Virus record (IMG/VR): IMGVR_UViG_2791355405_000002
Span: 28,744 to 92,743 of that record
Length of the DNA: 64,000 nt
Source: a virus
Lineage: Duplodnaviria > Caudoviricetes
Reading direction: 5' to 3' (one strand)
Part shown: positions 8,739-18,230 of the stretch, piece after piece
Position numbering within the stretch: the stretch's first letter is position 1
Layout: every line of letters starts with the position of its first letter
Program-made: the position numbers and the translations under genes
Notes under the pieces: generated by a model
Database searches by the model: none
What the model saw: only the letters and a program-made list of their open reading frames with translations
What the model was told of the DNA's origin: nothing

Positions 8739-10372
8739 GCCAGACGCTCCAGCTCCGTCCATACCAGCGCGAGTGCATCGACGCGATTCAGGCGGCATGG
8801 GCCGACGGGATGCAGCGGCCGGCCGTCGTGCTCGCCACGGGCATGGGCAAGACCGTCGTGTTCTCCCGCATGGCGGCCGAGCACGTCGAGTCCGAGGGCA
8901 CGCGCGTCGTCATCCTCGTGCACCGTGACGAGCTGGCCGACCAGACGATGAACAAGCTGAAGCAGACTGAGCCCGGCCTGTTCGTCGGCAAGGTGAAGGC
9001 GGCGGCCGACAACATCGCGGCCAACGTCATGGTCTGTTCGGTGCAGACGCTCGCCCGGGAGAAGCGCCTGCACCGGCTGCTCGACTCGCAGGAGAAGTGC
9101 GGCAAGGTCGGCCTGGTCATCGTCGACGAGTGCCACCACGCGGCGGCCGAGAGCTACCGCAACATCCTCGCCGCGCTCGGCTGCTACAGCGGGATGCCGG
9201 GCACGAAGGCCGTGGGCTTCACCGCGACGCTCGCCCGGGGCGACGGCCAAGGCCTCGGCGACGTGTGGGAAGACGCGGTGTTCACCCGCTCCCCGCTGTG
9301 GGCCATGAGCCGGGGCTTCCTGGTCGACGTCAAGTCCAAGCTGATCGACGTGGACACCCTGCACCTCGGCGACGTGAAGAAGTCCCGGGGTGACTACACC
9401 GCATCCTCTCTGGGCGACGCGATGATGGAGGCCGGCGGCCCGCAGATCATCGCCAAGGTGCTTCAGGAGCACGCGGCCGACCGGCGCAGCCCGATCGTCT
9501 TCACCCCGACGGTGGAAGTCGCACGAGCGACGGCCGAGGCCCTGCCCGACGCGGCGTACGTGCACGGCGGTACGCCCCGCGAGGAGCGGCTGAACATCTA
9601 CCGCCGGTTCCGCACCGGCGAGGTCCGCACGCTGGTCAACTGCATGGTCTTGACCGAGGGCGCCGACTTCCCTTTCTCCGACTGCGCGGTGATCGCCCGG
9701 CCGACGAAGTCCGAGCCGCTGTTCATACAGATGGTCGGCCGGGTCCTGCGGCCCTCCCCCGCCACCGGCAAGGCGGACGCCCTGGTGCTCATCCTCGCCG
9801 GCGAGGGTGGGTCGCTGTGCACGCTGGTTGACCTGGAGCCCGGGTTCGAGGGCAAGGTGGCCGACGGCGAGACCCTCGCCGACGCCTACGTGCGCGAGGA
9901 GTCCCGCAAGGACGAGAAGGTCCCGGCGGGCTCGCTGCGGTTCGAACTGACGCACCGTGATGTGGATCTGTTCAGGGCCTCGGCCGCCTACTCGTGGCTG
10001 CGCACGAAGGGCGGGATCCAGTTCATCCCACTGGGCGACAACGGAGAGATCCTGCTCTGGCCGTCCCGGGGCGAGGCGGAAAAGTGGGACGTTGCCTACG
10101 CCCCGCCGCGTGGAACCTGGGAGCGGCTGCACGAGGGCCTGGACCTCGGCATGGCGATGGCTTGGGCGGAGACGGAAGCCACGGACCGCAGCGAGCTGAA
10201 CATGACCCGCACGGCGTCGTGGAGGAAGAAACCTGCGTCGGAGAAGCAGACCAGGATCCTGCGGTACGCCGGTCACACGGTGCCCGACGGGCTTCGGGCG
10301 GGCCTCGCCTCCGACCTCCTCGCGGTCACCATCGCGTCGCGCAAGCTGGACCGTTTCCTTCCCCGCTCGTAG
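8735..10372 (+). CDS. SF2 DExH helicase (ResIII/RadD-like)
   Basis: LRPYQ, ATGMGKT, DECHH, TAT, QMVGRVLR. Confidence 0.92.
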   Translation: MSQTLQLRPYQRECIDAIQAAWADGMQRPAVVLATGMGKTVVFSRMAAEHVESEGTRVVILVHRDELADQTMNKLKQTEPGLFVGKVKAAADNIAANVMVCSVQTLAREKRLHRLLDSQEKCGKVGLVIVDECHHAAAESYRNILAALGCYSGMPGTKAVGFTATLARGDGQGLGDVWEDAVFTRSPLWAMSRGFLVDVKSKLIDVDTLHLGDVKKSRGDYTASSLGDAMMEAGGPQIIAKVLQEHAADRRSPIVFTPTVEVARATAEALPDAAYVHGGTPREERLNIYRRFRTGEVRTLVNCMVLTEGADFPFSDCAVIARPTKSEPLFIQMVGRVLRPSPATGKADALVLILAGEGGSLCTLVDLEPGFEGKVADGETLADAYVREESRKDEKVPAGSLRFELTHRDVDLFRASAAYSWLRTKGGIQFIPLGDNGEILLWPSRGEAEKWDVAYAPPRGTWERLHEGLDLGMAMAWAETEATDRSELNMTRTASWRKKPASEKQTRILRYAGHTVPDGLRAGLASDLLAVTIASRKLDRFLPRS

Positions 10373-10410
10373 CGGGTATGATTTAGCTAAATCGACAGGG
10401 CGGAGGCCCC

Positions 10411-10782
10411 GTGACCAAGGAATACGTGAAGGCGATCGGCGTCGATTTCGATGGCGTGATCCACGACTACGCCCGAGGCTGGCAGGGCGGGCTCATCTAC
10501 GGGGAGATGCTCCCCGGGGCGGCCGAGAGCCTGCGGGCCCTGATGGAGACCTACGCGGTGTTCATCCACACCACGCGCGAACCGCACACGGTGGTGCCGT
10601 GGATGAAGGACCGTGGCTTCCACGCCGAGGCTGACAACGACCCCGGCCGCCGGTTCTGGGACACCACGGGCACGCTGCTGGTGACCCAGCGGAAGCTGGT
10701 GGCCATCGCGTTCATTGACGACCGGGCCATCCCACACCGCACATGGGACCAGACGATGCAGGCCGTCGCACAGCTCTACTGA
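10411..10782 (+). CDS. HAD-superfamily phosphatase/nucleotidase-like protein
   Basis: VDFDGVI motif I and FIDDRA motif IV. Confidence 0.75.
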   Translation: MTKEYVKAIGVDFDGVIHDYARGWQGGLIYGEMLPGAAESLRALMETYAVFIHTTREPHTVVPWMKDRGFHAEADNDPGRRFWDTTGTLLVTQRKLVAIAFIDDRAIPHRTWDQTMQAVAQLY

Positions 10783-10859
10783 GTGACCCGGGGAGGGCTG
10801 CGGCGGCCCTCCCCACCTGGCCGTTAGGCCATTGACCAAGGAAGCAGGAAGGTACCGCA

Positions 10860-13601
10860 ATGACTCAGTCGACCCCTGAGCGCAAACGCTGCTCCGTGTG
10901 CCCCGGCGAGTACGCCGTCACGGCGAACGGGACGATCCGTCACCACTTCACCGACAACCCGGAGCTCCAGGCCGGGCCCGACTCCCGCAAGTGCCGGGGC
11001 GTCGGCGAGCTGCCCGCCGGCGAGCAGACGGCCGATGACCCGGCGAACGGCCCGCAGTGCCGCCTGTGCAAGCACCCGGTGGAGCTGACCGGCAACGGCC
11101 GGGCCCGCAGCCACCTCACCCCCGAGCAGACGCCCCGGCCCTGCCCCGGCGGCAGCGACTTCCCGCTGGGCACGTACCCGGACATCCTCGGCACGACGGA
11201 CGGCCTCGTGGCCACGCTCGCGGCCGACTGCGAACACGTGCCGGTCGGCCAGTGCTACGGCTGCCACGGCGCGGCCGGGAACCCCGTCAGCGACGCCGAG
11301 CTGGAGGTCATGGCCGAGGCGCAGGGCACCGGCGCGGCGCCGTGGGGCGTGAACCCGGACGCCGTGACGCAGCAGACCATGGCCGACCAGTTCAAGGGCG
11401 TCGGCGAGGCGGTGATCTGCAATTGCGGGGCCTCGTGGCCGACGAACGAGGAGATGCAGCGGGTCGGGCACGGCCTGGAGCAGTGCCCCCAGGACCGCGC
11501 CGCTGGGCCGACCATGGACGGCCCTTACCAGTTCCCCTCTGTCCGACCGATGGCGGCCGACGCCCTCAGCGATGCTGAGCGGTTCATGGGCGCGGCGCCG
11601 GCGACGCACACCGGCCGCCCGTCGATGCACAGCGGCGGCGGCCTCTCCGACGCGGAGCGAGAGCGCCTCGCGGCTGTCGTTGCCAAGGACCACCGCACCC
11701 CGGAGCAGAAGGCCCGGGACGCGCGGACGTCGGAGCTGACTCGGGAAGTCATCAAGGTGCTGGAACAGCGCAGCCCGGAAGAGAAGGCGGAGACGGCGGC
11801 TCGCATGGACCGCACCGCGTCGGCCGCCCTCGGGCTGCCGGTCGACCCGGCGCTGAACCGGCCCGAGGACGTGGAGGCGCACGTCGTCACTGACGACAGC
11901 GACGACCCGGAGCACGCGGACGACTGCCCCGGCTGTCCAGACGATGAGCCGCAGACGGGTCCGGTTCGCGTCGGCGACTTGGAGTACGGCGACGTCTTCG
12001 TCCGGCGCGGCACCGCTATGCGCGTGACGAGCGCGGGCTACGGCCTGGTGGAGGCCATCGTCGTGGACAACGGCCCGCACGCTGGGCGCACAGGTGAGCT
12101 GAAGAACCCCGACGAGGTGGTGGAGAGGATCGCCACCAGGACCAAGGAGCAGGAGACCAAGGAATGCACGGACGACAGGACGGCGACGTCGCCGCGTTCT
12201 TCGGCGGCATCGACGCCGACAACGACCAGCCGGCCGACGGTCCCGGCCCCTGGTTCGAGGCCGCCTACGAAGGCGAGTGCTCCGGCTGTTTCGCCGAAAT
12301 CGGAATCGGTGACATCATCCGCGCCGACGGTGCGGGCGGCTGGGAACTCCAGGGGTGCTGCGGTGACGACTGATCAGAGCGCAGCGGCAGCCGCATTCCT
12401 CGGCACTGACCGGCCGGCGGCCCCGGCGGGCGCGGCGCAGACACCCGGGCAGTTCCTCGCCGGTGCCGCCAGTTCGCGGGGCGAGGACGATACCAAGCGC
12501 GACCGGCACGGCCGGTACCTCATCCCGCACCCGGACACCGGCAAGGAGAAGGCGTGGACCAGGTCCACCACCTTCGCCAAGTCGATCAGCGACACTTACG
12601 CCCTGTCCCAGTGGGGGCTGCGCATGTGTCTGCTTGGTGCGACGAAGCGGCCGGACATCATCAAGCGGGCCCACGGCAAGCACGTCCGGGCGGACAAGGC
12701 CCTGCTGGACGAGCTGACGGCGGAGCTGAAGAACGCGGCGGGCGCCAAGGTGGCCGCCAACGACGGCACGGCGATGCACTCCTTCACGGAGCTGGCAGAC
12801 CGGGCGTGGCACTCCCCCGGCGGCCCGCGCAGCGTCCTGGACCAGGTGCCGGAGGACTGCCGCGAGATGGTCGAGACGTACATCCGGCTGCTGGAGGAGA
12901 CCGGCCTTGAGCCTGTGTCAGGGCTCATTGAGTTCACCGTGGTCGTCAAGCAGTACGGCGTCGCGGGCACCAGCGACAACTGCTACAAGGTCACCAAGCC
13001 GCTCACGCTGAAGATCGGCCGGGCTGAGGTCCGGCTGGAGCCCGGCCAGTACGTCATCGGCGACAAGAAGACCGGTAGGGATCTCGACTACGGATGGCAG
13101 GAGATCGCTATCCAGCTCGCGACCTATGCGCAGGGCATCAACACGTCCGGGGTCTGGGACAAGGCCCGCAAGGAGTGGACCCCCGACCCCCTCAACGGCT
13201 CCAAGGTACGGCTGGACGCGGGTGTCGTCATCCACCTGCCGGTGGACAAGGAGTCGGAGAAGACGCCGACGGTATACGGCATCGACCTGGAGTCCGGGTG
13301 GAACGCGGCCGTGCTGTGCGAGCGCGTCAGGGCCTGGCGCAACGTCCGCACCCTCGCCTCGCCGGTCATGGTCTCCGAGGCCGAGACGTTCGCCCCGGAA
13401 CGACCTGAGCCGACCGTCACCACGCGGACGACGGTACGGCCGCCGACGCTGATGGACCGGGCGCAGTCGGTCACGTCCAACGGCGAGGCCTCGGCCGTCT
13501 GGAAGGAGGCCATCACGGCCGGCCTGCCCAAGGACGAGGTGGATGAGCTGGTCGACGTCATGCAGTCGCGGCTGAAGAAACTCGCCGAACCCGGAGGCTA
13601 G
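10860..13601 (+). CDS. Zinc-finger N-terminal region joined to a C-terminal PD-(D/E)XK exonuclease (nuclease may also start at GTG 12363)
   Basis: Two CxxC..H..C motifs; C-terminal GTAMH, AGTSD, IGDKKTG, QLATYA. Confidence 0.75.
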   Translation: MTQSTPERKRCSVCPGEYAVTANGTIRHHFTDNPELQAGPDSRKCRGVGELPAGEQTADDPANGPQCRLCKHPVELTGNGRARSHLTPEQTPRPCPGGSDFPLGTYPDILGTTDGLVATLAADCEHVPVGQCYGCHGAAGNPVSDAELEVMAEAQGTGAAPWGVNPDAVTQQTMADQFKGVGEAVICNCGASWPTNEEMQRVGHGLEQCPQDRAAGPTMDGPYQFPSVRPMAADALSDAERFMGAAPATHTGRPSMHSGGGLSDAERERLAAVVAKDHRTPEQKARDARTSELTREVIKVLEQRSPEEKAETAARMDRTASAALGLPVDPALNRPEDVEAHVVTDDSDDPEHADDCPGCPDDEPQTGPVRVGDLEYGDVFVRRGTAMRVTSAGYGLVEAIVVDNGPHAGRTGELKNPDEVVERIATRTKEQETKECTDDRTATSPRSSAASTPTTTSRPTVPAPGSRPPTKASAPAVSPKSESVTSSAPTVRAAGNSRGAAVTTDQSAAAAAFLGTDRPAAPAGAAQTPGQFLAGAASSRGEDDTKRDRHGRYLIPHPDTGKEKAWTRSTTFAKSISDTYALSQWGLRMCLLGATKRPDIIKRAHGKHVRADKALLDELTAELKNAAGAKVAANDGTAMHSFTELADRAWHSPGGPRSVLDQVPEDCREMVETYIRLLEETGLEPVSGLIEFTVVVKQYGVAGTSDNCYKVTKPLTLKIGRAEVRLEPGQYVIGDKKTGRDLDYGWQEIAIQLATYAQGINTSGVWDKARKEWTPDPLNGSKVRLDAGVVIHLPVDKESEKTPTVYGIDLESGWNAAVLCERVRAWRNVRTLASPVMVSEAETFAPERPEPTVTTRTTVRPPTLMDRAQSVTSNGEASAVWKEAITAGLPKDEVDELVDVMQSRLKKLAEPGG
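12164..12373 (+). CDS. Nested small Cys-containing protein in an alternative frame
   Basis: Preceded by two GACCAAGGA leader motifs; WFEAAYEGECSGC..I..GD..CC. Confidence 0.6.
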   Translation: MHGRQDGDVAAFFGGIDADNDQPADGPGPWFEAAYEGECSGCFAEIGIGDIIRADGAGGWELQGCCGDD

Positions 13602-13859
13602 AGAGGGTTTAATTAAATCCTCTTCCGGGGTATCATAAAAGCATACGGAGCGCACCAACTCCGGGCGGTTCAGACCTTCGTGACGTTCCGTCACAGACCC
13701 ACCCGGAACAACTCCACAGAGACCGCCCCGGGGCTAACCCCCTGGCTCCGGGGCCTCAGCGACCTACGACGCACCAGCCGTGAGGCGAGTAAGCCACTGG
13801 CGGAAACACCAACACCGTGCGGGCGGATCGGGGTCGGGCGGCGGCCGTAAAACGCTGGA

Positions 13860-13955
13860 CGCGCGGTAGCTCAACTGGCTCAGAGCACAAGGACCCCGGC
13901 CCACCCCCGTGCCGGTAAGCCCTTGGAGATCCGGGTTCGAGACCCGGCCGCGCAC
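13860..13955 (+). ncRNA. tRNA-like RNA with extended anticodon arm and no canonical anticodon loop
   Basis: GCGCGG/CCGCGC acceptor, TA-GCTC..GAGC D arm, CAAGG/CCTTG stem enclosing 28 nt, CCGGG-TTCGAGA-CCCGG T arm. Confidence 0.75.
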
Positions 13956-14034
13956 CGGAGCCACGTACCACCGGCTCCCCTCCCTCGCTACCGGCGGCGG
14001 AGGAACAGGGATCAAAGGAACAAGGGATCACAGC

Positions 14035-14616
14035 ATGACGACTGCGACGCAGGCCGACCCGTTCGCCCCCAACCAGGCGGCGTTCACCCCCGGCCGGGCC
14101 AAGACGGCCACCGACTTCCTCATGGGCGGTGGGACCCTGTCCTGCCAGTTCCCGGCGAGGGGGACGGAGTACGCGGGCACCATCTCCGAGATGACCGTGG
14201 AGGTCCAGCGCGACTACGACGACCCGTCCAAGGTGCTCACCTGGAACGACGGGACAGCCCGTCAGCAGCTCCGGGTCGTCTTGGAGGGCACCGGCTACAC
14301 GAGGAAGTTCGACGGCGACACCGAGGAGTGGGTGGACGTCGAGGACGACGACGGCTCCCGCGCCCTGTACGTGAAGGGCCAGATGGCCAAGGCGTTCCGC
14401 GACGCGGTCCGCAAGGCCGGATCCAAGGAGCCCGAGGTTGGCGGGTACCTGAAGGTCACCTACGTCCGGAACGGGCAGAAGAAGCCCGGCAGCAAGGGCA
14501 AGCCGCCGAAGGAGTACACGGTGGAGTACCTGCCCCCGGCCAAGAACCCGAACCCGGCCGCACAGTTCCTCGCCGGCGGCGAGGGCGGCGAAGCCCCGAA
14601 CCCGTTCGGTGACTGA
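14035..14616 (+). CDS. Probable single-stranded DNA-binding protein
   Basis: Actinophage SSB-like pattern (GTI..VQRD..W.DG..RQQLRV), tail ending PF, located between exonuclease and RuvC. Confidence 0.65.
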   Translation: MTTATQADPFAPNQAAFTPGRAKTATDFLMGGGTLSCQFPARGTEYAGTISEMTVEVQRDYDDPSKVLTWNDGTARQQLRVVLEGTGYTRKFDGDTEEWVDVEDDDGSRALYVKGQMAKAFRDAVRKAGSKEPEVGGYLKVTYVRNGQKKPGSKGKPPKEYTVEYLPPAKNPNPAAQFLAGGEGGEAPNPFGD

Positions 14617-14638
14617 GCGGATCTAAGGCACCATAAGG

Positions 14639-14671
14639 AAGGCCCCCGGGATGGACGCTCCCGGGGGCCTT
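14639..14671. terminator. Bidirectional terminator hairpin
   Basis: AAGGCCCCCGGGA...TCCCGGGGGCCTT between convergent genes. Confidence 0.75.
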
Positions 14672-14688
14672 CCGCGTTCAGCATCATG

Positions 14689-15300
14689 TCAGGCCGCAAC
14701 CCTCCGCCGGCGGCGGGTCTGCTTCGCCGGTGGCGGCGCGAAGACCGGAGCCGGGGCCCCGGGGAGGGTCGGCCAGGCCACCTCGCGCAGGGCGTCCATG
14801 TTGGCCTTCGGCACCCGGACCACCGGCTCGCCGTAGGCGGCGTGACCGGCCGCCCGCAGCCACCACGCGTCGCACTGGTCGCCGCCCTTGTCGCCGGTGA
14901 ACTCCCGGCCCGCGTAGGTGAGCGCGGCCACGGCCATGGACGCCTTGTCGGCCCCGCCGTGGCCGGTGGCGTACAGCTTCAGCGTCTTCGTGTTGACCAG
15001 GACGAACGGGACGCCTGAACGCATGAGAACGAGTCGGACGGTGGCGTGGACCATCGGGATGACCTTGGCAGACGCTCCACGGAAGAGTCCGGGGTCATCC
15101 TCGATGACGGCGAGCTGTGGGCGGGCCACGCGCAGGGCCGCCGTCATGCGCTCCTCGATGCTCAGCAGGCGCCGGTCGCCGTCCCCGCGCGGTTTGATGA
15201 GCGCCGTGGAGTCGTCCGGGAAGCACACCCCCGTGCACTTCATCGACAGGTCCAGCCCCATGATGCGCATTCCTTGGTCCTCCATCCTGGGCGCACTCAT
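14689..15300 (-). CDS. ruvC: RuvC-like Holliday junction resolvase
   Basis: IMGLDLS..TG, AVIED, LKLYATGHGGADK, DQCDA. Confidence 0.85.
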   Translation of the reverse strand: MSAPRMEDQGMRIMGLDLSMKCTGVCFPDDSTALIKPRGDGDRRLLSIEERMTAALRVARPQLAVIEDDPGLFRGASAKVIPMVHATVRLVLMRSGVPFVLVNTKTLKLYATGHGGADKASMAVAALTYAGREFTGDKGGDQCDAWWLRAAGHAAYGEPVVRVPKANMDALREVAWPTLPGAPAPVFAPPPAKQTRRRRRVAA

Positions 15301-15427
15301 TTCGTTAAATCACACATACCCGATACGCTGGCCGGCCACGCTCCCGACGCGGCCTGGACTCGGCTACGCGCACGTTTACCCAGTGGGTACGCTCGGAGCA
15401 GGACCACGGACTGAGGAGAGCAGACCA

Positions 15428-15898
15428 ATGACGAGCCCTACACCCCTGCCCGGACTGGAGTCTGTCGGCAAGCCGGGGACCTGGACGATCACCAACCAGC
15501 ATGGCCAGTCGGTCACCATTACCGGGGAGCTGCTGGGCCTCGGCTCCAGCTACCGGCCCCGGCACCAGAACCACCCGGACAGCGAGTTCGCCCCGCCGCG
15601 CACGCACTGCTCCACCTGCCGCTGGACAGAGATCCGCGTCTTCGCTGTGGACGAGCAGGACGGCAATTCCAGCCCGCTGCCGTACATGGTCGTCAAGCGC
15701 GGCGCCTCCGTCGTTCCCGGGGAGAAGGACTTCGTGGAGTGGGAGGGCCTGGTCACCGGGGATGAAGTGCTGGAGCTGCTCACCACCCGTCGGGGCGGCC
15801 AGGCGACCCTCACCGCGCCGGCCTCCCGGGCACTCTCGCAAGCCGCCTCGTTCGACTCGGCGATGCGCGACGCATGGCAGAACCGCGCGGTGAAGTAG
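15428..15898 (+). CDS. Hypothetical protein
   Basis: GAGGAG RBS, CSTCRW motif. Confidence 0.7.
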   Translation: MTSPTPLPGLESVGKPGTWTITNQHGQSVTITGELLGLGSSYRPRHQNHPDSEFAPPRTHCSTCRWTEIRVFAVDEQDGNSSPLPYMVVKRGASVVPGEKDFVEWEGLVTGDEVLELLTTRRGGQATLTAPASRALSQAASFDSAMRDAWQNRAVK

Positions 15899-15970
15899 GC
15901 GTTCGGCGCCACCGCGACTCGCTGGTACCGTCCCCGGCTTTGACCGAGCCGTACGACAAGGACGGACTGC

Positions 15971-16258
15971 ATGGGCAAGCACAGCGCGGAACACATCCCC
16001 ACCCGGGACCTGCGCCGTTCGTACATCAGGCTGCGCGAGGCGTACGAGCGGCTGCTGCGAGATCATCTGGAACTGAAGAACGCAACCCACGGCCTGCCGG
16101 CCATCGCGTCCGGTGGGCCGTCGTCGTACGGGACTGAGGTAGTGCTGTGGAAGCCGGCTTCACACCTGGCCATGGGCCGGGAGCCGCTGGACGTAGACGC
16201 CGCCTGTGAGCTGGTGCGGTCCTCGGGCCTGCTGACGTCGCCGGGGCTTGAGGCGTGA
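15971..16258 (+). CDS. Hypothetical protein
   Basis: Short coiled-coil ORF in operon orientation. Confidence 0.55.
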   Translation: MGKHSAEHIPTRDLRRSYIRLREAYERLLRDHLELKNATHGLPAIASGGPSSYGTEVVLWKPASHLAMGREPLDVDAACELVRSSGLLTSPGLEA

Positions 16259-16318
16259 CAGCAGGGGGTATATCGATTAAGGTAAATCATCGACACCCTG
16301 ATCACCGAGGAAGGAACC

Positions 16319-16588
16319 ATGACCGTGACCGCGCCGCAGCGCCCCCCGCGTGGACGCCCGAGGCCCGCAGAGACCATCGAACGGGACCGCAAGATCCTGG
16401 ACCTGCTCAAGGCCAACCCGGACGGGATGGCCCGCAACGTCATCGCCCAGGAGATGGGTCTGAACAAGTCCGTCACCTACCTGTCCCTGGACCGCCTGCG
16501 CCGGCAGGGTCTGGCCGAGAAGATCAGCCCCGAAGGATCCCAGGCCGACAAGGACACCCTGTGGGTCGCCACCCCCGGGGAGTCATGA
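16319..16588 (+). CDS. Winged-helix DNA-binding protein (candidate regulator)
   Basis: RGRPRP AT-hook-like motif, then ILDLLK..IAQEMGLNKSVTYLSLDRLRRQGL; operator variant upstream. Confidence 0.8.
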   Translation: MTVTAPQRPPRGRPRPAETIERDRKILDLLKANPDGMARNVIAQEMGLNKSVTYLSLDRLRRQGLAEKISPEGSQADKDTLWVATPGES

Positions 16589-16871
16589 TGCAGCAGCCCG
16601 GAGACACCGTCCGGGACGACGAGCCCCCACGGAGCAGCCGTGGGGGCTCCGTGGTTTCCCGGGGCCTCATGCAGACGACCCCGCCGAGTTTCGATCAAGC
16701 ACGGCTGCGCGGATCCGTCCAGGACACTGCCGGGGGTCGTCGGATTGACTCTGCGACCTGGGTGGCCAGACTGTACGGTCTGCCGACGGATACGACATCC
16801 GGATCATCCACGCCGGGATCCGGAGACGCGATGCGCTGGTACCCGCTGGCCGAAGGAGAAGAGGTACCGTC

Positions 16872-17513
16872 ATGCCCCGCATGACCGTTGCCGTCGTCGT
16901 CCCCACCATCCCCGGGCGCGAGGCGATGCTGGAGCGCGCACTGGCGTCCGTACGCGCGCAGCGGCGCCGGCCGGACCAGGTCGTCGTCGAACGGGACTCC
17001 CTGCGCACCGGGGCGGACCAGGCGCGTAACCGGGCGCTGGAGCGGGTCACCACGGACGTGGTTGCCTGGCTGGACGATGACGACGAGCTGAAGCCGAACC
17101 ACCTCATGGCCTGCATGCGCGTGATGGAGCAGTCATCCGAGAAGCCGGACCTGGTGTACCCGGCGCCGGTGGTGCGCGGCGGCGAGGATCCCACGGCCGT
17201 GTCCGTTCAGGGCAGATGGGTGCTCCCGTGGGGCGTCCGCTTCGGACCGGAGCAGGAGACCCATCTGCGCCGGTTCGGGTCGTTCATCCCGATGACTCAC
17301 GTTGTGCGGACCGAGCGGGTCCGGGCCATCGGCGGATTCCGCCCTGGCGAAGAAGTGACGACAGAAGGCCTAGGCCGCCGCTACCGTGGCGAAGACGAGG
17401 ATTATCTGGTGCGTCTGCTTGACATAGGGGCCACATTCGAGCACTTGAGTGCTCGGACGTGGGTCTGGCACGTGCACCGTGGGAACACCGCCGGGCGAGC
17501 GCTCGCCAGGTAG
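16872..17513 (+). CDS. Glycosyltransferase family 2
   Basis: VVVPT..R..L.RALASV..Q, ARN.AL, WLDDDD, EDEDY. Confidence 0.88.
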   Translation: MPRMTVAVVVPTIPGREAMLERALASVRAQRRRPDQVVVERDSLRTGADQARNRALERVTTDVVAWLDDDDELKPNHLMACMRVMEQSSEKPDLVYPAPVVRGGEDPTAVSVQGRWVLPWGVRFGPEQETHLRRFGSFIPMTHVVRTERVRAIGGFRPGEEVTTEGLGRRYRGEDEDYLVRLLDIGATFEHLSARTWVWHVHRGNTAGRALAR

Positions 17514-17540
17514 ACATCTGAACACGGAAGAGGAGGAGTC

Positions 17541-17801
17541 GTGCCGACCACCACAGCCACGACTGGACCACCCCCCACCCTCGCCGATGCGGTCCGGGGA
17601 CGCATCGGCGAACTCAGCGACCGCAACAAAAAGACGTTCACTGTCGCGGACTTCCCGGGCGTTGCTGGCCGCGCCGGCCGGCCGGACTCCTGGCTGGAGG
17701 ACCACCTGCTGGTCCTGGAAGGCATCGGGATCCTGAAGCGCGTCCGTCGCCCCGGGGCCCGCACGTGGACCGTCAGCCCGGGCTCGGAGTATCTGAGGTG
17801 A
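17541..17801 (+). CDS. Stand-alone TraB-type winged-helix protein
   Basis: FTVADF...GRPDSWL...L..L...G.L matches the TraB C-terminus. Confidence 0.6.
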   Translation: MPTTTATTGPPPTLADAVRGRIGELSDRNKKTFTVADFPGVAGRAGRPDSWLEDHLLVLEGIGILKRVRRPGARTWTVSPGSEYLR

Positions 17802-18103
17802 CGCGGCGAGTGGAGCAGTTCGGATACGTCTACGGCGGAACAGCCCTCATCAAAGGGAAGCCGCACGAGCTGGAGGGAACGGCCTGGTCCCTGGGCCGGT
17901 GCGACGAGGTGCGGCTGCGCGCGGCAGCCGTACGCGAACTGACTCAGTCGCAGAACGTCCCGCTTGAGGGAATCGAGATCACCGACTTCTGGTTCAGCGA
18001 GATCTTCACTGAGAGCGAAGTCAGGCAGAGTACGGAGAGCGCCGACCCTTTCCGTCCTCACGCCGGCCCTGACCCCTTCCGCCCGTGCGGCGGGGACATC
18101 TGA
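17798..18103 (+). CDS. Hypothetical protein
   Basis: GTGA coupling, followed by a terminator hairpin at about 18123-18150. Confidence 0.5.
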   Translation: MTRRVEQFGYVYGGTALIKGKPHELEGTAWSLGRCDEVRLRAAAVRELTQSQNVPLEGIEITDFWFSEIFTESEVRQSTESADPFRPHAGPDPFRPCGGDI

Positions 18104-18161
18104 CGGAGGGACAGCGGACAGCGAGCCCCTGCGGGAGATCGCAGGGGCTTTGTCGTGCCCC

Positions 18162-18230
18162 GGGGTTGCGCCTCACGGGCCCGGGTAGGATGATTTAAGG
18201 AAATCATCGCGACCAAGGAACGAGGAGACC
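18162..18230 (+). promoter_or_regulatory. Promoter/operator plus leader cassette
   Basis: GGGGTTGC..TAGGATGATTTAAGGAAATCA..GACCAAGGAACGAGGAG. Confidence 0.7.

Noticed and set aside
13956-14015. HDV-like (theta) ribozyme after the tRNA-like RNA
   Set aside because: Only simple hairpins (GGAGCC/GGCTCC) are visible; the nested double pseudoknot could not be built.
16585-16884. ORF between the HTH and GT2 genes
   Set aside because: It fills the gap but has atypical composition and no motif, so it was not called.
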